A stretch of DNA of 64,000 bases from NCBI GenBank assembly GCA_937936355.1, contig CALDDM010000020.1, positions 7,767-71,766 of the forward strand, written 5' to 3'. Origin of the DNA: Minisyncoccota bacterium. GTDB taxonomy: Bacteria; Patescibacteriota; Minisyncoccia; Moranbacterales; GCA-2747515. The position numbers and the translations under genes were made by a program. Below the pieces are notes generated by a model that ran no database searches, was not told where the DNA came from, and was given only the letters and a program-made list of their open reading frames with translations. Of the stretch, positions 45,053 to 54,583 are shown piece after piece (within the stretch, counting starts at the first letter, position 1; each line of letters begins with the position of its first letter).

Positions 45053-46759
45053 TTACCAGCTACCGCCGCCACCGCCGCCACCGCCACCGCCAGATCCGCC
45101 ACCAGAAAATCCACTCCCGCCAGACGATGAGGATGATGGTTGTGACATTGCCACTGCTCCAGCGGCAGCTGCAAAGCTTTTTGTGGAGTTGGAGATGCTA
45201 CCTGTCGATAGGTTTTTGCCTGCGCCGTGATACCATGATGGCTCACCACCCTTGTAAATGTCCTTGAATTGCTGAGCCCATTTATCTTCAACATTTAGAA
45301 TCATTGCATATGGCAAATATCTTTCAAATGTCGCAGTTGTTTGGGGAGGTAGCTTGTCAGGATCATTGAACATCTTGATGCGTCTTTCTTCTGCTGTCTC
45401 CATGTACATCTTTAGTCCCAAAATCTGATCGCGAACTTGTACACCTTTTTTGGTGCGCTTTGGCATAATTAAGCCAAAGAGAAAGATGATGATGCCACAT
45501 ACAAAAACTGATCCGATTCCGATTGGGCCTGCAGCTGCGCCGATAATACCGTTTAAGAACACACTCCCGAATGAGGTTATGAAGCCAGTGATCATGTAAA
45601 TTCCACGTACTGTTTGTGGGTTTTTCACGAAATAACCATTTTGTGACATGTTTTTGTATGCTTCTTCAGTAATCTCGCTTGTGACTTTGTAGAAGGTGTT
45701 TTTGAGTGTGGATAATTTTGTCTCATCTCCTTTTTTAAATAGTCCTTCGAGGAACAGTTTTTCAGATTTTGTCACTTCACTTTTCCATTCTTTTATTTTC
45801 TCGAGCGTGAAGTCTTCTTTTCTAAAAAGTCCCTTTTTGGCAATTTTTTCAATTGAGAAATAACCCTTGATTGCTAAGTCGATAAAGAGTGAGGATATAT
45901 CGTTGCGATGCACTTTTTCATCGATCAGTAGTCCACACTCGAGTGGTGTGAGGTTGTCAGGGATTTCCCACTGTGGCACAACTGTTCCAGATCGCGGGTC
46001 TTTTCCGCGACGCCACCAGTGACCCAGCATGAGAATACTGACCCCAACGGGTAGGAGGAGGATGAGGTTGTCTTTTATGGTGCGAAGAATTTTTTTCGTC
46101 AGAGATGGCTGTGTGACGAGTCCTTTTTTTATACTTGCGACGACTGTGAATCCTTCTCCTGGTGTGAGTGTGCGAGCGGTGAATATTTGATTGATGCCTG
46201 TGTCCTCACTGACTTTACATGACTCTGTCGCCCCGTATTTTCCCACAAAGCACGTGCTTTCTTTGAGTAGGGTGTTATTTGGTGACTTCACGATTGCAGA
46301 GGATTGTATGATTGGGATTGACCATTCGTCTCCTGTAATGTTCCAATATAGTTCATCGTGATTTTCGAAGTAATTGAGAGCCTCATCGACGCGGTACTGA
46401 ATTTTATAGATTTCTTTTTTGTTTGCGATGACGTCAGCCTTTCCTATTTTTATCTTTACTGCACCGCTGTGACGTGAAATATCTGTATTGCGTACTGCGC
46501 CATTCTCATCTGTCACGGAGATATCTGATATTTTGAGAGAAAATCGTCCACCGCGTGCAGAGTATTTGTATGGTATTTCCCTGTAGATTCCATGGGGATT
46601 TGTGCGATTCCCAAAATCATATGATATTGTCTCTATCACATCTATGCTTGCATCAGCGTTGATTGCAATTTCGACGTCAAAATTTGTGATTTGTTCTTGT
46701 GCATGTGCAAAGAGTGGCACAAATACTGACAAGATGATACTTGTAAGTACTTTTTTCAT
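45053..46759 (-). CDS. DUF2207-family membrane protein with poly-Gly/Ser tail
   Basis: Signal peptide from MKKVLTSIIL (ATG 46759), central TM helices, C-terminal SSGGSGFSGGGSGGGGGGGGGGSW. Confidence 0.7.
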   Translation of the reverse strand: MKKVLTSIILSVFVPLFAHAQEQITNFDVEIAINADASIDVIETISYDFGNRTNPHGIYREIPYKYSARGGRFSLKISDISVTDENGAVRNTDISRHSGAVKIKIGKADVIANKKEIYKIQYRVDEALNYFENHDELYWNITGDEWSIPIIQSSAIVKSPNNTLLKESTCFVGKYGATESCKVSEDTGINQIFTARTLTPGEGFTVVASIKKGLVTQPSLTKKILRTIKDNLILLLPVGVSILMLGHWWRRGKDPRSGTVVPQWEIPDNLTPLECGLLIDEKVHRNDISSLFIDLAIKGYFSIEKIAKKGLFRKEDFTLEKIKEWKSEVTKSEKLFLEGLFKKGDETKLSTLKNTFYKVTSEITEEAYKNMSQNGYFVKNPQTVRGIYMITGFITSFGSVFLNGIIGAAAGPIGIGSVFVCGIIIFLFGLIMPKRTKKGVQVRDQILGLKMYMETAEERRIKMFNDPDKLPPQTTATFERYLPYAMILNVEDKWAQQFKDIYKGGEPSWYHGAGKNLSTGSISNSTKSFAAAAGAVAMSQPSSSSSGGSGFSGGGSGGGGGGGGGGSW

Positions 46760-46899
46760 GTTCTTATTGTGGCATATATTGATGTAGATGACCACCACCA
46801 TGCCATGGACATGTATGACATTAGCTTCAAGAACCGCTTGGCTTTTTGGGAATCCTTACTTTTCTTTGTATACTGGGATAGTAAGCAATAATACAATTT

Positions 46900-47478
46900 A
46901 TGGATTTACAAAAAATTATACAGAATTATGTTGGCGGTATGGTTGCGGAGAAGATTGGACAAAAAATGGGTCTTTCGGGGAATCAGGCGCAAACATTAGC
47001 TGCAAGGATTATGCTACTGTTACTTGGTGGTATGGTGAAGAATGCGACGAGTAGCTCTGATGGCGCTGCATCTCTAGTGGGTGCATTGACCAAGGATCAC
47101 GATGGAAGTATCTTTGAAAATATTGAGACGCTTGTTTCATCTCCTGAGCAGTTCAAAGGTGCTAAAATTCTCCAGCACATTCTTGGTGATAAGGAGGTTA
47201 CTTTGGAAAAAGCCCTTGCTCAAGAGGAGGGTTTAGAGCAGGAAAAAGTGAAAGGTATGATGACGATGCTTGCACCCCTTGTCATGGGTGCGCTTGGCAA
47301 AGAGCAAAGTAAGCAGTCACTTGGCATGGGAGATTTTATGGAAATGTTCGATAAGCAGAAAGCAGAGCAGAAAAAAGTGCAAAACCCTCTTCTTGGGTTG
47401 TTAGATTCTGACGGAGACGGTTCAATGGCAAATGATATCCTGGGTTTGGGTATGGATATGCTTAAAAAGAAAATGTAA
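46900..47478 (+). CDS. DUF937-like protein
   Basis: LLDSDGDGSMANDILGLG and ILQHILG motifs. Confidence 0.55.
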   Translation: MDLQKIIQNYVGGMVAEKIGQKMGLSGNQAQTLAARIMLLLLGGMVKNATSSSDGAASLVGALTKDHDGSIFENIETLVSSPEQFKGAKILQHILGDKEVTLEKALAQEEGLEQEKVKGMMTMLAPLVMGALGKEQSKQSLGMGDFMEMFDKQKAEQKKVQNPLLGLLDSDGDGSMANDILGLGMDMLKKKM

Positions 47479-47555
47479 ATAGTTTTTCATCTTTGTGCAG
47501 TTGCTCAGTTAATTTGTTTGTATAGGTAATTTGTGAGATTTATGTGGTGCTAATT

Positions 47556-47583
47556 AAACTCAGAAATATTTCTGAGTTTTTTA
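47556..47583 (+). terminator. rho-independent terminator
   Basis: ACTCAGA-AATATT-TCTGAGTTTTTT. Confidence 0.7.
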
Positions 47584-47607
47584 GCACTTTTCATTTGATA
47601 CTATTTC

Positions 47608-47620
47608 GCAACTTGGTTGC
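47608..47620. promoter_or_regulatory. candidate Zur/Fur operator palindrome
   Basis: GCAAC-TTG-GTTGC about 70 nt upstream of zur. A second GTTGCAAC lies at 47649-47656. Confidence 0.35.
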
Positions 47621-47688
47621 ATATTTTTTACATAGGTGTTACATTAATGTTGCAACTAAGTTGTACTAATATAGCCATTTAGATTTGT

Positions 47689-48066
47689 ATGACGTCACTT
47701 CAAAGGAATATAGAGGAGATTCTTACCACATCACAGGAACCTGTGTCAGTACCCAGCCTTGTGCGATTGCTTGGTGAGGGTGGACATGCGCCACACAAGA
47801 CATCGGTTTATAGGAATCTAGAGAGAATGGTTGCTCATGGTTCTGTGGAAGAAGTCTTTCTTGATGCGGGAACTGTTTATTATGAGTACAAGCAGTCGCA
47901 TCATCATCATGCTCAATGTAGTGTTTGTCGTGCGGTTGTGTGTATTGCAAATGATTTACTTGAGAAGAGTATAAAGCACCTTGAGCGTGCAGTCCAGAAA
48001 AATGGTTTTATGCCAACTGATCACCATGTTGTTTTGCGAGGTGTGTGCGCTTCTTGTCAGGGTTAG
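47689..48066 (+). CDS. zur: Fur-family regulator (Zur-like)
   Basis: HKTSVYRNLERMV wHTH, HHHAQCSVC and CASC metal sites. Heads the znu cluster. Confidence 0.75.
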   Translation: MTSLQRNIEEILTTSQEPVSVPSLVRLLGEGGHAPHKTSVYRNLERMVAHGSVEEVFLDAGTVYYEYKQSHHHHAQCSVCRAVVCIANDLLEKSIKHLERAVQKNGFMPTDHHVVLRGVCASCQG

Positions 48067-48099
48067 GGGTTATCTTTTATTATATATTTTTTAGAGCTT

Positions 48100-49080
48100 A
48101 TGAAACAGATTTTTATTGCGGCTTCTTGTGTTTTAGTTTTTGCTGGCTGTAGTCCTTCGAATTCTCCTTCGCCTGCAGAAGAATCGCAAAACGTGTCTCA
48201 CGTAAATCAAGAGAAAGCCGGTGGTAAGGGGTTGGGTGTTGTTGTGAGCTTTTACCCACTTGCGTATATGGCAGAACGTGTGGGTGGCGATGCTGTGCGT
48301 GTTACAAACATTGTCGGTGCTAGTGATCCGCATGATTACACCTTGAGCCCTCGAGATATTCAAACCTTTCAAGATGCTGATGTCGTACTTTTGCAGGGCG
48401 CAGAGTTGGAACCATGGGGTGATGATATCGTACAGCAACTAAGTGATCAAGGTACCGTGACAATTGCTACAGAAAATATTGCTTTGATCGAGGTGGATGA
48501 TGATCACGGTGATGCAGATAAACATGGTGACGAGCATGAGGGAGAAGATGAGCACGGTCATGGGGCATTTGATCCGCACACATGGCTTGATCCTGTCCTT
48601 GCTCAAGGTATGGTTAGTTCAGTTCAGTCCGCTCTTATTGCTGCAGATCCAGAGAATGCAGACTTATATACTGCTAATGCTACGGCACTTACTACAGAAT
48701 TTGCGGAACTTGATAGCGCTTACACGCAAGCTCTGCAAAATTGTGCACGAAGGGATGTCATTTTTTCACATGATGCGTTTGGATATTTGGCAAAGCGGTA
48801 CAATTTTACTGCGCATGCTATAGCTGGCATCTCAAGTCAAGATGAGCCGTCAGCGAAAACTCTTGCAACCCTCAAGGAGGAGGCTGCAGAGGGTATTACC
48901 CATATTCTCGCAGAGGAGACTTCTGTGAATCGTTTTGCGCAGACATTGTCTGATGAGGCCGGACTTGCGATGCTCCCTATTAGTGCGCTTGCATCACCTG
49001 ACGAGGATGGTGGTGATTTCATTGAGCGTTCTCGAGACAATCTTGTGCAGATCCAAACAGCGCTTAATTGCACTCTGTAA
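48100..49080 (+). CDS. znuA: zinc ABC transporter substrate-binding lipoprotein
   Basis: Lipobox FAGC. His/Asp-rich loop DDDHGDADKHGDEHEGEDEHGHG, then FDPHTWLDP. Confidence 0.85.
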   Translation: MKQIFIAASCVLVFAGCSPSNSPSPAEESQNVSHVNQEKAGGKGLGVVVSFYPLAYMAERVGGDAVRVTNIVGASDPHDYTLSPRDIQTFQDADVVLLQGAELEPWGDDIVQQLSDQGTVTIATENIALIEVDDDHGDADKHGDEHEGEDEHGHGAFDPHTWLDPVLAQGMVSSVQSALIAADPENADLYTANATALTTEFAELDSAYTQALQNCARRDVIFSHDAFGYLAKRYNFTAHAIAGISSQDEPSAKTLATLKEEAAEGITHILAEETSVNRFAQTLSDEAGLAMLPISALASPDEDGGDFIERSRDNLVQIQTALNCTL

Positions 49081-49838
49081 TATATTTTATGCATCAGAAT
49101 ATAAATCGAGATATTCTTGTGGAGGCGCGGAATCTTACCGTAACATTTGATGAGGTTTCTGTTCTTGAAGATATTTCTTTTTCTATTGTGCGGGGTTGTT
49201 TTGTTGGGCTTATTGGTCCAAATGGCGCTGGTAAGTCAACACTGCTCAAAGCTCTTCTTGGACTCGTTAAGCCTACAAGTGGCACATGTATCCATGCGCC
49301 AGGATTGACGGTGCGTTATGTTCCGCAGCACTATGTTTTATCTTCTTTTGTTCCCATTTCCGTTTCTGAGGTGGTGCAAATGGGATCGGATGAACGTGTT
49401 ACTGCTCAAGTTATTATTGATGCTTTGGAAGATGTTGGTCTTGAAATGGGATGTGCCAAAAAAAACTATCACACACTTTCCGGTGGTCAAAAGCAACGTG
49501 TCATGATTGCGCGCGCATTAATAGAAATGCCTGATATAATCTTTTTTGATGAGCCGTTGTCTGGTGTTGACCTTGAAACCAAGGAGCAAATCTATGCTTT
49601 TCTTAAAGAGTTAAATCAAAAAGGTGTCACGATCTTTTTTGTTTCGCATGATGTTGATCACATTGTAGATGCTTGTGATTTTGTTCTTTGTCTTGATCGC
49701 TCGCTCCATCAAGGTTGTCATCCTGTTGCATTTGCGCAGGGTGAGCGCATCAAAAATACTGCATTAGCTACGAGTTCAGTTTGTTTGTCTGAGAAGGAGG
49801 TCCAATCACACAAACAAGTTGTTCATCATCACCATTAG
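49068..49838 (+). CDS. znuC: zinc ABC transporter ATP-binding protein
   Basis: Walker A GPNGAGKST, signature LSGGQKQR, Walker B IIFFDEP. Alternative start ATG 49089. Confidence 0.85.
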   Translation: MHSVIYFMHQNINRDILVEARNLTVTFDEVSVLEDISFSIVRGCFVGLIGPNGAGKSTLLKALLGLVKPTSGTCIHAPGLTVRYVPQHYVLSSFVPISVSEVVQMGSDERVTAQVIIDALEDVGLEMGCAKKNYHTLSGGQKQRVMIARALIEMPDIIFFDEPLSGVDLETKEQIYAFLKELNQKGVTIFFVSHDVDHIVDACDFVLCLDRSLHQGCHPVAFAQGERIKNTALATSSVCLSEKEVQSHKQVVHHHH

Positions 49839-49843
49839 ATTTT

Positions 49844-50656
49844 ATGTTGGAACTATTTTCTTATGATTTTATTGTACGTGCATTAATTGCTGGCTGTGCA
49901 ACGGCCGTCACTGCTGCACTTGTTGGTAATTTTCTTGTTGCTGCGCGGCAATCAGTCATTAGTGATATGCTTGCGCATGCTGCGCTCGCTGGTGTTGGCC
50001 TTGGTATTTTTCTTCAGCTTTCACCATCATTTCTTGCAGGTATTGCAGCGGTTGCAACGAGTATTCTTTTGTGGTTTTTGACCCGTGGAGGTAAGCGAGC
50101 TCCAGAAGCTGTTTCGATGCTTTTGCTTGCGGGCGGTCTTGCAATTGCGCTTTTGCTTGCACATCAGGCTAAGGATAATCCAGTGTCTTTTGAGTCATTT
50201 CTCTTTGGTTCAATCCTTACAATATCACAGACAGAAGTATTTTCTTTTGTCATTTTGTGTGTTGTTATCTGCATTTTTATGATTATTTTTTGGCGTAAGA
50301 TTCTTTTGAGTGTTTTTGATGCGGATTTTGCGCGCGTGCAAATGCGCCATGCTGCCTTATACGAGATTTTTCTTCTTGTTGTCACGGGTTTTCTTGTTGC
50401 GATCGCACTTAAGGTAATCGGTGGTTTGCTTGTGGGAGCTCTTCTTGTGATCCCAGTCCTTGCTGCGCAAAATATCACACATAGCTTTCGTGCTAATGTT
50501 TTATGGAGTGTTGTGTTTGGAGTTTTCGGAGCGGTTAGTGGTATTGTCATGTCATTCTATCTTGATATACCAACAAGTAGTGGTATTGTTCTCAGTCTGA
50601 TTGGTTTTTTTGTTTTGACTTATGTATATAGTATAGTGAAAGGAATAAAAAAATAG
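49844..50656 (+). CDS. znuB: zinc ABC transporter permease
   Basis: 270 aa, 8-TM ABC-3 type permease. Confidence 0.85.
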   Translation: MLELFSYDFIVRALIAGCATAVTAALVGNFLVAARQSVISDMLAHAALAGVGLGIFLQLSPSFLAGIAAVATSILLWFLTRGGKRAPEAVSMLLLAGGLAIALLLAHQAKDNPVSFESFLFGSILTISQTEVFSFVILCVVICIFMIIFWRKILLSVFDADFARVQMRHAALYEIFLLVVTGFLVAIALKVIGGLLVGALLVIPVLAAQNITHSFRANVLWSVVFGVFGAVSGIVMSFYLDIPTSSGIVLSLIGFFVLTYVYSIVKGIKK

Positions 50657-50659
50657 TTT

Positions 50660-51733
50660 ATGAAAAATAACACACCGTCGCCTTTTTTGGAATCTGTTGA
50701 GTCTGCATCGATAGAAGGAGGTAAAGAGGTTGTGGATGCGAAGGTTTTTGTTCCTTCGGTTAAGCAAAGAAAGACTGATCTTTTGCGAGATCAAATACCT
50801 GTGACCGTTTTCACGGGTTATCTTGGTGCAGGTAAGACGACAGTAATAACTCATCTGATCAAGCAAATGCCTGATGGTTATAATGTTGCGTGGCTTAAGA
50901 ATGAAATGGGTAATACTGCTGTTGATACCGCTCTTGCTGGAGATGGACATACCGCAACTGTTAAAGAGATGTTGCAGGGCTGTATTTGCCATGTGATGAT
51001 TGGCCAACTGAGCGATGCTCTCGATGAACTTGTTGCTACAAAGCCCCAGCGCATTATCATTGAAGCGTCCGGCTCTGCTACACCTGCACCGGTTGTGTGG
51101 CAGATTCGAGAGCATGATCGCCTGTTTGTTGATGGTGTTGTTACGGTTGTTGATGCCGAAAATTTCTCAGGCTATGTCGATAAAAGTCCAGCGCTTAAGA
51201 TGCAGGCAAAGTATACGGATCTGATCCTTATCAATAAGCATGAAAATCTTTCAGAGTCTGACCTAGAGCAAAATCTTGATGATCTCTATGAGATAAATCT
51301 TGATACACCTAAGGTGAAGACGCAAAAGGGTTTTGTGTCCGCCGATGTTGTCTTTGGCTTGGATAGTCAGCTTTTTCTCACGGAAGCTTCAGTGGAGCTC
51401 GAAGAGAAGGATGCTGATAAAAATCATTATCGACGTGAGGTTGAGCTTCTCGAAATGCGACCAGATAAATTTTTTGCCATAGAGGATTTGACGAAATTCG
51501 TTGAGTCTTTGTCGGGGACTGATTTTTATCGTATTAAGGGGGTGCTATGTGATGAGCAATCGGACTACATCCTTAACTGCGCATTTGGAAAGTCTACTAC
51601 GACACGACTCACATCGAGCAAAGAAGAATCACGTATCGTTTTTATGGGTGAGAACTTGCAGGGGCATAAAGAAAAAATTGCTGATTTTTTTGGTCTCACG
51701 CAGGATCAGATTACCTACACACCCAAATACTAG
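50660..51733 (+). CDS. COG0523/CobW-family GTPase (metallochaperone)
   Basis: GYLGAGKTT P-loop, GCICH metal motif, CobW C-terminal domain. Follows znuB. Confidence 0.85.
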   Translation: MKNNTPSPFLESVESASIEGGKEVVDAKVFVPSVKQRKTDLLRDQIPVTVFTGYLGAGKTTVITHLIKQMPDGYNVAWLKNEMGNTAVDTALAGDGHTATVKEMLQGCICHVMIGQLSDALDELVATKPQRIIIEASGSATPAPVVWQIREHDRLFVDGVVTVVDAENFSGYVDKSPALKMQAKYTDLILINKHENLSESDLEQNLDDLYEINLDTPKVKTQKGFVSADVVFGLDSQLFLTEASVELEEKDADKNHYRREVELLEMRPDKFFAIEDLTKFVESLSGTDFYRIKGVLCDEQSDYILNCAFGKSTTTRLTSSKEESRIVFMGENLQGHKEKIADFFGLTQDQITYTPKY

Positions 51734-51826
51734 CTTTTTGAGTCCAAAATTTGTATGATTCATTTGTGCCAAGCGTTGTGAAGCAAAATCTTTTATACTG
51801 CGTATACGCTTGGGTAGGTGATGTGA

Positions 51827-51940
51827 TTTTTCCTTGGTTTATGTATAATTTTATTTCTCAGTGTAACGTGTTTTTGTGGATTTTACTCTGAATGGCGTGC
51901 ATCGAAGTTTGACCTTATGGAAGTACTTCGCTACGAGTAA
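51827..51940 (+). pseudogene. 3'-terminal remnant of an FtsX/MacB-type ABC permease gene
   Basis: Own translation ..LCIILFLSVTCFCGFYSEWRASKFDLMEVLRYE*. This is the characteristic FtsX C-terminus (..PA.RAS..P.EALRYE) with an in-frame TGA just upstream and no N-terminal part. Confidence 0.45.
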
Positions 51941-51978
51941 GTTTGTTTTAGTTTTTTGAGTATGTATCATAAGATTTT

Positions 51979-52233
51979 ATGTCGTATTTTGTTTATATAG
52001 TTCGCTGTGCTGATAATACCCTCTACACAGGGATTACTATTGACCCTACGCGACGCGAGTATGAGCATAATACCGATAATTTACGTGGGGCAAAATATAC
52101 GCGCATGCGGCGACCAGTTACTCTTGTGTATCAGAGACTCTATGCATCTCGCTCGCTTGCTTGCAAGGAAGAGTCACGCATTAAAAAGCTCACTCGCTCA
52201 GCTAAAGATTGTTTGATCGATGATTTATGTTGA
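51979..52233 (+). CDS. GIY-YIG nuclease-superfamily protein (YhbQ-like)
   Basis: YFVYIVRCADNTLYTGIT..RREYEHN. Confidence 0.85.
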   Translation: MSYFVYIVRCADNTLYTGITIDPTRREYEHNTDNLRGAKYTRMRRPVTLVYQRLYASRSLACKEESRIKKLTRSAKDCLIDDLC

Positions 52234-52328
52234 CGTATTTGTGAAACTGCGTATAATCTAAAGATTCAAGACGTTCCTCTTGTAGGTGCGTTTTCTTTTT
52301 TTGTCATTCATTCTCTCTTATATACTCC

Positions 52329-53885
52329 ATGCAAAAGATTCTTTCATATCTCTCTCCGCAAACATATCGGGCAGATATTCTTTCTGGTATTACGGTTGCA
52401 CTTGCACTTGTTCCTGAGGCAATTGCTTTTGCCTTGGTTGCACAGGTTGATCCTATTGTTGGTTTGTACGCTGCATTTATGGTTAGCATTATCACTGCTG
52501 TGCTTTCAGGTCGTCCTGGGATGATTTCTGGTGCGACAGGTGCACTTGCTGTTGTGATGGTGTCGCTTGTTGCGCGTTATGGTGTTGAGTATTTGTTTGC
52601 GACAGTGGTTTTGATGGGTCTGATTCAATTGCTTGTGGCGTTTTTTCGATTGGGAAAGTTTTCTCGTATTATTCCGTATCCGGTTATGCTTGGCTTTGTA
52701 AATGGACTTGCGGTTGTGATATTTCTTGCCCAATTGCCTCAATTCCAATCATCAACACCTGAGGGTCATTTTGGCTGGATTTATGGTACATGGCTTGAGG
52801 GTAGTGCTCTTTTTACTATGCTTCTTCTGGTGGGTATTACAATGGCGATTATCTATTTTCTCCCAAAGATTACAAAAGTTATACCTTCTTCACTGGCTGC
52901 TATAGGCGGAGTCACCACTGCTGTGCTTTTGTTCGGTATTGATACACCGACAGTACGTGACATGCTTACGACAGGATCTATGGCAGCTGGACTGCCAACA
53001 TTTCATTTTCCGTCAGTGCCATTTACACTTGAGACCCTCTTTATAATATTGCCTTATGCGATTGTCCTTGCTGCTATTGGTCTCATAGAATCTTTGATGA
53101 CGCTCTCTTTGATTGATGAAATGACCGATACGCGTGGCAAGAGTGATCGAGAGTGTTTTGCGCAGGGTACTGCAAACATTGTTACCGGATTTTTTGGTGG
53201 CATGGGTGGGTGTGCGATGGTAGGTCAGAGTATGATCAATATTAATTCTGGTGGACGCGGCCGCCTTAGTGGTATTGTTGCCGGTGTCGCGCTGCTATTG
53301 TTTATTCTCTTTGGATCTTCAATTATAGAGCGCATTCCACTTGCAGCTCTTATTGGAGTTATGTTTATGGTTGTGATTGGTACGTTTGCATGGTCGAGCC
53401 TGCGCCTCGTGGGTAAGATTCCTGGTGTCGATCTTATTGTTCTTGCCACGGTTTCCATTATTACGGTGTTCAAGGATCTTGCGATTGCTGTATTGGTAGG
53501 GATTATCATGTCTTCTCTCGCATTTGCTTGGAAAAAGGCAAGTAAAATAGCTGCACGTACATGGTTTGATACAGAAGGCGGAAAGCATTATGAGTTGAGT
53601 GGTTACTTATTTTTTGCTTCTACAACTAATTTTTCTGAGCTTTTTATCCCTTCGGAAGATCCGGTGGAGGTTTACATTGACTTTAAGGATGCTCGTGTTT
53701 TAGATCATTCTGGTATCGAGGCTATCAACTCATTGACGGTAAAGTATTCTAATGTTGGTAAAAAACTCCATCTTTATCATTTGAGTGAGGATTGTCGTAG
53801 ACTACTTAAAAATGCTGATAAGATTATCGAAGTTAATTTGAAGGAGGATCCTCACTATGAAGTTGCTGATGATCGCTTAGACTAG
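52329..53885 (+). CDS. SulP-family anion permease with C-terminal STAS domain
   Basis: 518 aa, multi-TM. STAS tail YELSGYLFFAST..DHSGIEAI. Confidence 0.9.
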   Translation: MQKILSYLSPQTYRADILSGITVALALVPEAIAFALVAQVDPIVGLYAAFMVSIITAVLSGRPGMISGATGALAVVMVSLVARYGVEYLFATVVLMGLIQLLVAFFRLGKFSRIIPYPVMLGFVNGLAVVIFLAQLPQFQSSTPEGHFGWIYGTWLEGSALFTMLLLVGITMAIIYFLPKITKVIPSSLAAIGGVTTAVLLFGIDTPTVRDMLTTGSMAAGLPTFHFPSVPFTLETLFIILPYAIVLAAIGLIESLMTLSLIDEMTDTRGKSDRECFAQGTANIVTGFFGGMGGCAMVGQSMININSGGRGRLSGIVAGVALLLFILFGSSIIERIPLAALIGVMFMVVIGTFAWSSLRLVGKIPGVDLIVLATVSIITVFKDLAIAVLVGIIMSSLAFAWKKASKIAARTWFDTEGGKHYELSGYLFFASTTNFSELFIPSEDPVEVYIDFKDARVLDHSGIEAINSLTVKYSNVGKKLHLYHLSEDCRRLLKNADKIIEVNLKEDPHYEVADDRLD

Positions 53886-53969
53886 TAATTTCTTTTTTGT
53901 ATAAAACATTTCTTCGTCGGGCTATATCGACACATGATATACTTACCATGTAATCTTTGATTATATATT

Positions 53970-54155
53970 ATGAAAACTGTACAATGTGATCTTTGTGATC
54001 GTGAGGTTTCTGCTGATACATTTGAAGAGTGGATGGAGGCTTTGAAGCCGCATTACTCTAAGGAGCATGCTGAGGTGATGTCTGATCCAACAAAAACTCG
54101 TGAAGATATGCTGAAATGGATGGAGGTAAATAAGGCACGTTTTGAGGAAGCTTAG
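53970..54155 (+). CDS. small hypothetical protein
   Basis: 61 aa with a CDLC motif. Confidence 0.45.
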   Translation: MKTVQCDLCDREVSADTFEEWMEALKPHYSKEHAEVMSDPTKTREDMLKWMEVNKARFEEA

Positions 54156-54291
54156 TAGTTTTTATTTTGAAAACGTGACAAAAGTTCATTTTTCGTGTAG
54201 GCTTATATTGTATAGTCCAAACATATAGCTTAGTCGAACTTTTCTTGCTTGAACAATATATACATTTACAATAGATTTTTTTAGACCAAAC

Positions 54292-54492
54292 ATGGAAACT
54301 GGAACAATCGCTCGTAAAACTGACAAAGGATTCGGATTCATCTCTCGTGAGGGACATGACAAAGACCTTTTCTTCCACGCTAATGAACTACAAGGTGTAG
54401 AGTATGATGACCTTCAAGAAGGTGATACTGTAACATTTGACGTGGCAGACAGTGATAAAGGACAAAACGCAGTAGGCGTTTCCCGAGCATAA
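54292..54492 (+). CDS. cold-shock protein (CspA family)
   Basis: RNP1-like KGFGFI and RNP2-like LFFH. 66 aa. Confidence 0.9.
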   Translation: METGTIARKTDKGFGFISREGHDKDLFFHANELQGVEYDDLQEGDTVTFDVADSDKGQNAVGVSRA

Positions 54493-54495
54493 ACA

Positions 54496-54523
54496 GAAAA
54501 AAGCCCCATCTGGGGCTTTTTTT
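54496..54523 (+). terminator. rho-independent terminator
   Basis: AAAAAAGCCCCA-TC-TGGGGCTTTTTTT. Confidence 0.8.
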
Positions 54524-54583
54524 GTTTGTCTTTTTCCTATGATGCTATACTGATAAATATCTGATTATCCCTGAATTCTTTTT

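Noticed and set aside
45056-45115. A GC-rich (CCGCCA)n-like tract, considered as a possible tandem repeat or contingency locus.
   Set aside because: It simply encodes the poly-Gly/Ser C-terminal tail of the DUF2207 protein on the minus strand. The plus-strand 65-aa poly-Pro ORF is its antisense shadow. I cannot assess length variation from one sequence.
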